From Chloroflexota bacterium (GTDB lineage Bacteria > Chloroflexota > UBA5177 > JANWHV01), in the NCBI GenBank assembly GCA_036559345.1, contig DATBTL010000157.1, positions 1 through 10,601 of the forward strand: DNA of 10,601 bases, given 5' to 3'. The notes below the pieces were generated by a model, which worked only from the letters and a program-made list of their open reading frames with translations, searched no databases and had not been told where the DNA came from. Position numbers and translations under genes: made by a program. Positions 1-6,520 of this stretch are shown here, one piece after another (within the stretch, counting starts at the first letter, position 1; every line of letters starts with the position of its first letter).

Positions 1-1055
1 CGGTCGACAGCGATAACGCCTTGCCGAGTGTCATCCAGCGCCTCTGGGATAGCGCGCGACGTAGCCAGTCTCGGGCGTTCGTCGTGCTGTGTACCAGTTT
101 CACCGAAGCGGTGGAACGACACTTCCTGGTCGACGGTCCGCTCTATCGGCGGCGTACCCGCCAACTGGTGGTCGAACCTTTTTCCTACCGCGCGGCAACC
201 GAATTCTTTCCCCAATGGCCGCCGATCGATCGACTCCTTGCCTGGGGCATCGTGGGCGGCGTTCCTTCCTATCTCCAGGCACTGGAGGCCGACACGTTGG
301 AGGACGCGATAATCGCGCATGTGTTGGACAAAACCGCCGTGCTCTACTCGGAGGCCGATACCCTGCTTGCTCAGGAGGTGCGCGGCATTGGCCCCGCCTT
401 GTTGCGCGGCATGCTCGCGGCCATCGCCTATGGTTGTACCGAGCCGAATCAAATCGCTCAGCGGGTTGGCCGCCCCATGACATCCCTCTCCGGAGCCTTA
501 CGATTCCTCACTGATTATGGCTTGATCGAGCGGAGGGTGCCGTTCACGGTTGCCAATGCGGAACGCACGCGCTCGACCCGCTACACCATCGCGGATAACT
601 ACCTGGCATTCTGGTTCCGCTTCGTGTTGCCGAACCGCTCCTTGCTTGAGCAAGGGCAAGCGGCGGAGGTGTGGCGCGACCGGATCGCGCCGGCCTTGTC
701 CTCCTACATGGGCGGCCGCTTCGAGGAAGCGTGCCGGCAATTCATCCGCCTGGAGCCGGAGCGGTGGGTACATACAATAAGCGAACTTGGGGTGTGGTGG
801 CGCGCTACCGATGAACTGGAGATCGTCGGTCTGAATGAAGCGCGCCAGGTAGGGCTCACCGCCGAGGTGAAATGGACCGATCAGCTCGTCGGTATCGACG
901 TGCTCCATACGCTGCAACGACGGGTGGCCATGCTCCCCCACGTCGCGCCGGACCATCAACTGGTGTTGTTCGCCAAGATCGGCTTCACCGATCAGGTGCG
1001 CGCTCTCCAGAATCCCGCGCTGCTCCTGGTAACCGCGGCTGATATGCTGGCCTGA
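1..1055 (+). CDS. ATPase of the DUF234 / archaeal-type ATPase (Arch_ATPase) family, 5'-truncated at the window edge; only the C-terminal ~344 aa are present
   Basis: The ORF is open from the first in-frame codon (position 3) through to a TGA at 1053-1055, so the real start lies upstream of the window and the Walker A motif is not visible. The C-terminal region has the aromatic motif typical of DUF234 C-terminal domains (YTIADNYLAFWFRFVLPN) and a predicted winged-helix-like stretch (IAQRVGRPMTSLSGALRFLTDYGLIERRVP). GC-rich third codon positions are consistent with coding. Confidence 0.6.
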   Translation, partial: VDSDNALPSVIQRLWDSARRSQSRAFVVLCTSFTEAVERHFLVDGPLYRRRTRQLVVEPFSYRAATEFFPQWPPIDRLLAWGIVGGVPSYLQALEADTLEDAIIAHVLDKTAVLYSEADTLLAQEVRGIGPALLRGMLAAIAYGCTEPNQIAQRVGRPMTSLSGALRFLTDYGLIERRVPFTVANAERTRSTRYTIADNYLAFWFRFVLPNRSLLEQGQAAEVWRDRIAPALSSYMGGRFEEACRQFIRLEPERWVHTISELGVWWRATDELEIVGLNEARQVGLTAEVKWTDQLVGIDVLHTLQRRVAMLPHVAPDHQLVLFAKIGFTDQVRALQNPALLLVTAADMLA

Positions 1056-1065
1056 CCGCGCGGAT

Positions 1066-1917
1066 TCATCCCCGGAGCCCAGTGGCGGCCAGCAGGGCGC
1101 CGGCGGTCAGTCCCTCCTCGCCCGACCAGCGGTAGCCGTGCAGGTCGGCGGGCAGGTCCAGGGTGGTGACGATGGTGACCAGTTTGCGGTTGAGTTCCAC
1201 CCGCTCACGGTGCTCCTCAAGCAGCGCGGCTTGGCGCGCGGGCAGGCTGGGCAGGACGGCATAGAGGGCGTCGAGGTCGCCGTGCTGGGCGAGGAGGGCG
1301 GCGGCGGTGCGGGGGCCGATCCCCGGCACGCCGGGGATGTGGTCCGAGGGGTCGCCGATCAGCGCCTTGAGGTGGGTGAATTGGCCGGCCCGGACGCCCC
1401 AACGCTCCTCCACCAGGGCCGGGGTCCAGGTTTCGCCGTCCTGGCCCTTCGGCATGAACACGTCCACCCCCGGCCGCACCAGTTGGAGCAGGTCGCGGTC
1501 GCCCGAGACGATGGTGGCGGGCAGTCCGCCGGCCGCGGCGCGCGCGGCCAGGGAGCCGAGCACATCATCCGCCTCGTAGCCGGGGATCATCGGGTGGGTG
1601 ATCCCGAGATGGTCCAGCACGTGCAACACCTGGCCGACCTGGGCGTCGAAGTTCGCGACCTCCTCCTCCGTGCCGCGCGGCCTCCCGGTTCGGTAGTCGG
1701 GGAAGAGAGCGCGGCGGAACGGGGGCTCCGGCGGATCGAAGGGGATACAGACGTGGGTGGGGGCGAAGCGGCGGACCAGGCGCAAGAAGGCGCCCGCGAA
1801 CCCATGCACCCCCTGGATCGGTGCCCCATCGCGGCCCACGATGCTCCGGGGCAGCGCGTTATAGGTGCGGTGGAACAGATGGTGGCCGTCGATCAGCAGG
1901 AAGCGTTCCTCGCTCAT
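1066..1917 (-). CDS. 5'-3' exonuclease / flap endonuclease (Pol I 5'-nuclease-like, PIN-like catalytic domain plus H3TH domain), stand-alone
   Basis: 283-aa ORF with the diagnostic FEN-family motifs: N-terminal LLIDGHHLFHRTYNAL, the metal-binding acidic cluster GYEADDVLGSLA, IVSGDRDLLQLV, and the helix-3-turn-helix motif HLKALIGDPSDHIPGVPGIGPRTAAALL. Start ATG is at 1915-1917 and the stop is 10 bp from the stop of the convergent ATPase gene. Confidence 0.85.
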   Translation of the reverse strand: MSEERFLLIDGHHLFHRTYNALPRSIVGRDGAPIQGVHGFAGAFLRLVRRFAPTHVCIPFDPPEPPFRRALFPDYRTGRPRGTEEEVANFDAQVGQVLHVLDHLGITHPMIPGYEADDVLGSLAARAAAGGLPATIVSGDRDLLQLVRPGVDVFMPKGQDGETWTPALVEERWGVRAGQFTHLKALIGDPSDHIPGVPGIGPRTAAALLAQHGDLDALYAVLPSLPARQAALLEEHRERVELNRKLVTIVTTLDLPADLHGYRWSGEEGLTAGALLAATGLRG

Positions 1918-1970
1918 GCGCCGAGCAAGGCCCGCTGCGTGGTCGGCGCGTGTGCGTTCAGTGCCGTCAT
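1914..1970 (-). CDS. Candidate 18-codon leader ORF (MTALNAHAPTTQRALLGA) translationally coupled to the exonuclease through an ATGA stop/start overlap
   Basis: On the minus strand a strong Shine-Dalgarno GGAAGGAAG (plus 1979-1987) sits 8 nt upstream of an ATG at 1970. The 18 codons have GC-rich third positions like bona fide genes here, and the TGA overlaps the exonuclease ATG (gcATGAgc). The exonuclease ATG itself has no recognisable SD. The longer 118-aa ORF in this frame has poor codon usage upstream of this point. Confidence 0.3.
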   Translation of the reverse strand: MTALNAHAPTTQRALLGA

Positions 1971-2306
1971 ATCCGCTGCTTCCTTCCGGCTATGGAATAT
2001 CTCGAATCCGGTGAGACGCCTTCCAGGATACAACAGCGCGCGCTCGAGGCCCACCCCCACTGATGCTCGACCGCTCGTCGCGAGAACGATCAGGTTGCTC
2101 CAGGGTACCGCTCTTTCGTGGGCCGCGCTGCGTCCATGCCTCGCGCCCCTCCTCGCGCCGCTCATCCCATACCACTGCCGTACGTCGTGGGTTAGGGCCA
2201 TGGTAACACGTCCTGGGGCCGGCGGATGTGGCGGCCTTGACCCATCGGGACGCGGGCACCAGGCCGCCATTCACCTCCATCGGGTACCGTCCGGGTGATG
2301 CCAGGA

Positions 2307-2341
2307 GCCCTCTGGCGGATTCCGGTAGGGGCTCAGAGGGC
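2307..2341 (-). terminator. GC-rich hairpin (8-bp stem GCCCTCTG / CAGAGGGC, 19-nt loop) about 27 nt downstream of the rhodanese stop; possible U-tract-less intrinsic terminator or RNA stability element
   Basis: Inverted repeat read directly from the sequence (2307-2314 pairs with 2334-2341). There is no U-rich tail, which is common in high-GC genomes. A second 8-bp hairpin (2355-2362 / 2371-2378) has the TAG stop codon in its loop. Confidence 0.25.
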
Positions 2342-2367
2342 CATCGAGTGAGTTCAGCCTCGCTGTC

Positions 2368-3231
2368 CTACGAGGCTGCGCCCTTCTCAATGGGGACGCC
2401 GACCAGGCTGCCCCACTCGGTCCAGGAGCCATCGTAGTTCTTGACCTGCTCGTAACCGAGCAGCCGGGTCAGCACGAACCAGGTGTGGCTGCTGCGCTCC
2501 CCGATCCGGCAGTAGGCCACCACCCGCTTGTCCGTCGTGACGCCCATGCCCTCATAGAGCGCCTTCAGTTCCTCGGCGCTCTTGAAAGCGCCATCTTCAT
2601 GGGCCGCCCTGGCCCAGGGAATGTTCCTCGCCCCTGGTATATGTCCGCCGCGCTGTGCTCCCTCCTGCGGGTAGTTGACCATGGCGATCACCTCGCCACT
2701 GTACTCGGTGGGTGAACGGACATCCACCAGCGCCTTGCCACTGCCCGCCTGCGCGTACTCGCGCAGCACCTCGTCGCGGAAGGCGCGGATGGAGAGGTCC
2801 GGCTCCTTCGCCATGTAGCTGGTCGCGGCATAACTCGGCGCCTCGCGCTCCAGCGGCCTGCCTTCGGCCTCCCAGGTGGCCCGGCCACCATTCATGACCC
2901 GGCAGTCCTGGTGGCCATAGAGCTTGAAGAGCCAGAAGGTGTAGCAGGCATACCAGTTGTTCTTATCGCCGTAGAAGACGACGGTCGTATGGTTGGTGAT
3001 GCCGCGGCCGGCCATCAGCCGCTCGAAGGCGGCCTTATCGATAAAGTCGCGGCGCACCTGGTCCTGCTCGTCGATGTGCCAGTCGATCTTGACCGCGCCG
3101 GGAACGTGTCCCTTCTCGTACAGCAGCACGTCCTCGTCGGACTCCACGATCCGCACATTGGAGTCGTGCATGTGATCTGCCACCCAATCCGTGGAGACGA
3201 GGGCCTCTGGATGCGCGTAGCCGTGATTCAT
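2368..3231 (-). CDS. Thiosulfate sulfurtransferase (tandem rhodanese domains, CysA/SseA-like)
   Basis: Two rhodanese domains with the active-site cysteine loop [15 protein letters not shown] and the C-terminal [20 protein letters not shown]. From memory it aligns throughout with actinobacterial CysA2-type thiosulfate sulfurtransferases. The ORF track starts at 3255 (MKQKEEEEM...), but a perfect SD AAGGAGG lies 8 nt upstream of the second ATG (3231, MNHGYAHPE...), which also matches the usual N-terminus of the family. A TATGAT -10-like hexamer lies further upstream. Confidence 0.85.
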   Translation of the reverse strand: MNHGYAHPEALVSTDWVADHMHDSNVRIVESDEDVLLYEKGHVPGAVKIDWHIDEQDQVRRDFIDKAAFERLMAGRGITNHTTVVFYGDKNNWYACYTFWLFKLYGHQDCRVMNGGRATWEAEGRPLEREAPSYAATSYMAKEPDLSIRAFRDEVLREYAQAGSGKALVDVRSPTEYSGEVIAMVNYPQEGAQRGGHIPGARNIPWARAAHEDGAFKSAEELKALYEGMGVTTDKRVVAYCRIGERSSHTWFVLTRLLGYEQVKNYDGSWTEWGSLVGVPIEKGAAS

Positions 3232-3282
3232 CTCTTCTTCCTCCTTCTGCTTCATGTCGCCGCGTGCCTTCCACGCATTCCC

Positions 3283-3288
3283 ATCATA
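3283..3288 (-). promoter_or_regulatory. Candidate -10 hexamer TATGAT (minus strand) for the rhodanese gene
   Basis: TATGAT (5 of 6 matches to TATAAT) sits about 50 nt upstream of the SD-preceded ATG at 3231. No convincing -35 is present, as is usual for high-GC promoters. Confidence 0.2.
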
Positions 3289-3356
3289 GGCGCGCCAGGG
3301 CGGGAGGGCATCGGGGGATTTCCCTAGTATGCCGCCCCGGCGCCCCTTATTTCTTG

Positions 3357-3376
3357 GCCGTAGGGGTACCTACGGC
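3357..3376 (-). terminator. Perfect 8-bp hairpin GCCGTAGG-GGTA-CCTACGGC with a tetraloop, in the 200-bp gap between the LAL regulator stop and the rhodanese start; candidate terminator or attenuator
   Basis: Read directly from the sequence. It is flanked on the plus strand by the T-rich CCCCTTATTTCTT (an A-rich tract follows the hairpin in the minus-strand transcript), and sits 80 nt downstream of the LAL regulator stop codon. Confidence 0.3.
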
Positions 3377-3458
3377 GCCTACACCATGGCTTTGGGGGCG
3401 CGCCACGCGCGCTCCGTCATTGCACCGCCCGCCCTTCGCCACTCAGAGGGCGTGGGGA

Positions 3459-6431
3459 TCAGGGGTCGGGCGCCTCGACTAGGCCGTGGGCAACGGCATG
3501 GACGGCGGCTTGAGCGCGGGATCCACATCCCAGCTTGCCGAGGATATTGCCGACATGGATCTCGGCGGTCTTGGCGGAAATGAAGAGCTCCTGGGCGATC
3601 TCGCGGTTGCTGCAACCGCGGGCGATCAGGCTGAGCACCTCGCGCTCACGAGGAGTGAGGGGGTTGCCGCGCCCAGCGGCCGCGCTTGCCGAACGGGGCG
3701 CCAGGCCGTGCTGCTTGAGTGCGAGGTCGACGATCTCCAGCTCCAGCGCCGCCCCCAGGCGAGCGAAGATCTCGCGGGCCGCGGCTAGCTCGCGGGCGGC
3801 CTCCGCGCGTGCCGGTGGATCGTCCGCGGGCAGGAGACTCTCGGCGCGACGGCGACGGGCGCGCGCCTCCTCGAACGGGCAGGCCATCGCCTGCCAGCGC
3901 TCGGCCGCCCGCTGGTAGTGCGCGGCCGCCTCATCGTGCCTGGCTTCCTGGGCGGCGACCAGCCCTTGGACATCCTCGAAGGAGGCCGGCGCCAGAGGCA
4001 TTACGGCGTCCCGGCTGAGCGTGGCCAGGGCGCTCAGGAGTTCCTGTATCCGGTCGCCGCGCCCGGCAGCCAGGTACACCTCGACACCGTACCCGAGCAT
4101 CCTGGTGGCCCTGATCTGTGGCCCCACGGGTCGCCACAGCGCCACGCACCGATCCATTATCGCCACGGCCTGATCGAGGTTCCCACGTGCTAGGTGAACG
4201 CGTGCCAGGGTGGACAGCCAGCCATGGAGCTTTTGGAACTCTCCTCCCCACTCGGCCAGAGGCAGCTCTTCCTCCAGAGTCCGTTGCGCTTCCTCGAGAC
4301 GGCCCTGACGGAGCAGCAGTTCGCCCTTGTTCGGTAGCGCGGACAGGCGCGCGACCGGGTAGCCCATCTCACCGGCCAGGATCGCCTGATCCAGGAGCTC
4401 CCAGGCCTGCTCCCAGTGCCCCATTCTCATCTCCGTCTCGCCAAGGTTATGGCGCAGAAAGCCCTTGAAGAGTCCGAAGCCGAGGCGATCCGCGAGCGCG
4501 ATGCCTTCTCTCAATACACCCGCGGCCCGTTGATACTCGCCGAGACACGCGAGCATGTCGCCAAGGTTGTTATAAGCCCGCAGCGCCTCGAACTGCAGAT
4601 CAAGCCGGTTCGCCATCTCCAGGCTGCGCTCCATGTAGGCCAATCCTCGTTCACGCTGGCCAAGCTCAATCAGTGAGCCTCCGACATGGTTCAGGGTGTG
4701 CGCCGTGACGGCCTCATCGCCGAGTTCATCGGCCAGGCGCAGCGCCCTCTCGCCCCACTCTACGCTCTCACGCGAGCGCGTCGAGAGCATATGGAGACGT
4801 GAGATCTCGCTGTAGGCCATGGCCAGCTCGTGCCCGGGCGGCTCGGTCTCCAGCACGGCGACAGCGGCTTTGGTGAGCTCGAAAGCTGCCTTCGTCTCGC
4901 CACGCTCCCAGGAGACCCGGCCGAGGCGGCGGTAGATGCCGGCCACCTTGCGCCGGTCTCCTAACTGGTCATAGAGCTGCCGTGCCTCCTGCCAGTAGCG
5001 TTGGTATTGATTGGTATCGCCCAGCGGATAGGCTGCCTCGGCGAGCTTCTCATACAACTCGGCCCGCCCCAGCAGGTCAGCCGCGTCAAGCAGATTGAGG
5101 GCCACCTCGTAGTGCGCCACCGCCTCGCGATAGGCGGACATGCGCGCCGCCCGTTCCCCGGCCAGCCGCGCGTACCGCGCCGCCTTTGCCGGGTCCCTGG
5201 CCTGGAGGCTATGGTAGGCCAACTGGTCGATCACGCCTTCCGCCGTCGCGCCGTAGGTCTCCTCCAGCGCTTGCAGCACGGCTCGGTGCTTCAGTCGCCG
5301 CTCCCGGCCCAACAGATCGTCGTAGATCGCCTCCCGCGTCAGCGCGTGCCGGAAGCTGTAGCGGTCCTCCAGCCCACCAGCCTCCTCCTCCACCAGTTGC
5401 CGCTCGACCAACGCCTCAACCGCGCGCAGGAGCGCCGCTTCCTCCATTCCCGTCAGGCGCAGCAGCAACTCGAAGTCGAAACGCCGTCCTATTACCGCCG
5501 CATAGGTCAGGACGCTGCTGGTCGCCTGATCAAGATCCGAGGCGCGACGCAAGATGCCCTCCTTGAGCGAGAGGGGGATCGCCAGATGCGCTATGCCTCT
5601 CCCCTCCTGGGCGCTCTGGATGAGCGCCTCCAAAGGATACTGCTCAAGCAGGGCCTTGAGCAGTTCCTCGAGGAAGAAAGGGTTGCCCCCCGAGCGGTCA
5701 TAGAGGATGTCCACCAGGGGCAGGGGCAGCGGCCGCTCCAGGGTGGTCTCCAGCATGCGGGCCAGCTCATCGCGGGAGAGGGGGGACAGGCGCAGTTCGT
5801 GTGAGAGACGCTCGCGCGTGAGTTCGGCGAGCAGGCGCGCGAACGGATGGCGGCGGTGCAACTCCTCGCCGCGATACGTGCCGAGAATGAGGATGCGGTG
5901 GTCCAGAATCGACCGTGCCAGGTGGTTCAGCAGCTCCTGGCTGGTCTGGTCCGCCCAGTGCAGATCCTCGAGCAGCAGGAGTCGGCAGTGCCCGGCGCCC
6001 CACGGCAGCAGGACGCGGCGGATCGCTTCGAAGAGCCGCCGCTTCAAGCCCTGAGGGTCGCTAGCGGCGGGAGCCGGCGCCAACTCGGGCAGCACGATGA
6101 CCAGATCGCTGCCCCACGGGCCGGCTGCTTGCAGCACCGCCTCGGCGCCGTGGACCCGCAGGACCGCGCGCAGGGCGTCGACGAAGGGACCATAGGGGAC
6201 CGCCGGATCCTCGTCGTGGCAATGGCCCTGGAACACCTCTATCCCTGTCCTTGCCCGCGAGCGCTCGACGAAGGCGCGGGTCAGGCGGGTCTTGCCGACA
6301 CCGGCCTCCCCAGCGAGGAGGACGACGCGGCCTCGCCCCTCGTCGAGTACCGCCGTGAGGTGGATATCGAGATCTCGCAACTCGGCTTGGCGGCCGACCA
6401 TGCGGGGGGCGAGGGCGCGCGTACCGCTCAT
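3459..6431 (-). CDS. LAL-type (large ATP-binding LuxR-family, MalT-like) transcriptional regulator: N-terminal AAA/STAND-like ATPase, central TPR-like repeat region, C-terminal LuxR/GerE HTH
   Basis: Walker A VVLLAGEAGVGKTRL and Walker B RLLLLEDLHWAD are followed by about 550 aa of TPR-like helical repeats, and the C-terminal HTH is REREVLSLIARGCSNREIAQELFISAKTAEIHVGNILGKLG. The longest ORF begins with GTG at 6476. The ATG at 6431 (MSGTRALAPRMVGRQAEL...) is preceded by AGGGAG with an 8-nt spacer and is the preferred start. The stop is at 3459-3461. Confidence 0.85.
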   Translation of the reverse strand: MSGTRALAPRMVGRQAELRDLDIHLTAVLDEGRGRVVLLAGEAGVGKTRLTRAFVERSRARTGIEVFQGHCHDEDPAVPYGPFVDALRAVLRVHGAEAVLQAAGPWGSDLVIVLPELAPAPAASDPQGLKRRLFEAIRRVLLPWGAGHCRLLLLEDLHWADQTSQELLNHLARSILDHRILILGTYRGEELHRRHPFARLLAELTRERLSHELRLSPLSRDELARMLETTLERPLPLPLVDILYDRSGGNPFFLEELLKALLEQYPLEALIQSAQEGRGIAHLAIPLSLKEGILRRASDLDQATSSVLTYAAVIGRRFDFELLLRLTGMEEAALLRAVEALVERQLVEEEAGGLEDRYSFRHALTREAIYDDLLGRERRLKHRAVLQALEETYGATAEGVIDQLAYHSLQARDPAKAARYARLAGERAARMSAYREAVAHYEVALNLLDAADLLGRAELYEKLAEAAYPLGDTNQYQRYWQEARQLYDQLGDRRKVAGIYRRLGRVSWERGETKAAFELTKAAVAVLETEPPGHELAMAYSEISRLHMLSTRSRESVEWGERALRLADELGDEAVTAHTLNHVGGSLIELGQRERGLAYMERSLEMANRLDLQFEALRAYNNLGDMLACLGEYQRAAGVLREGIALADRLGFGLFKGFLRHNLGETEMRMGHWEQAWELLDQAILAGEMGYPVARLSALPNKGELLLRQGRLEEAQRTLEEELPLAEWGGEFQKLHGWLSTLARVHLARGNLDQAVAIMDRCVALWRPVGPQIRATRMLGYGVEVYLAAGRGDRIQELLSALATLSRDAVMPLAPASFEDVQGLVAAQEARHDEAAAHYQRAAERWQAMACPFEEARARRRRAESLLPADDPPARAEAARELAAAREIFARLGAALELEIVDLALKQHGLAPRSASAAAGRGNPLTPREREVLSLIARGCSNREIAQELFISAKTAEIHVGNILGKLGCGSRAQAAVHAVAHGLVEAPDP

Positions 6432-6520
6432 CAGTGGAGCTCCCTGGCAAAGAGGCATATGGTGGGTATCATCCACTTGGTCCCCGTGAATCCCCGAGCA
6501 GCGAACGTGCGTATGCCGGG

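Noticed and set aside
2005-2025. TCGAATCC motif resembling a tRNA T-loop
   Set aside because: The flanking sequence cannot form a T-stem, and there is no acceptor stem or D-arm partner. No cloverleaf can be built, so this is a chance match.
1914-2270. 118-aa minus-strand ORF ending in an ATGA overlap with the exonuclease
   Set aside because: Upstream of the last 18 codons its codon usage is AT-rich at third positions (agg, aga, ata, cat, gga, gta, tat), unlike every real gene here. Only the terminal 18-codon segment, which has its own SD, is kept as a candidate leader ORF.
1138-2298. 386-aa plus-strand ORF antisense to the exonuclease gene
   Set aside because: It lies entirely opposite a well-supported gene, has a Gly/Ala/Arg-rich low-complexity translation, and is the typical stop-codon-free antisense frame of high-GC coding DNA.
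4416-4676. 86-aa plus-strand ORF inside the LAL regulator gene
   Set aside because: It is antisense to the TPR repeat region of a strongly supported 1005-aa gene and is explained by the repeat periodicity leaving this frame free of stops.
3459-6476. The LAL regulator as a possible antiviral STAND (Avs-like) defence protein
   Set aside because: Architecture is ATPase, then TPR, then a C-terminal LuxR DNA-binding HTH, with no nuclease, protease or other effector domain. That is the classic MalT/LAL transcription-factor layout rather than a defence NTPase.
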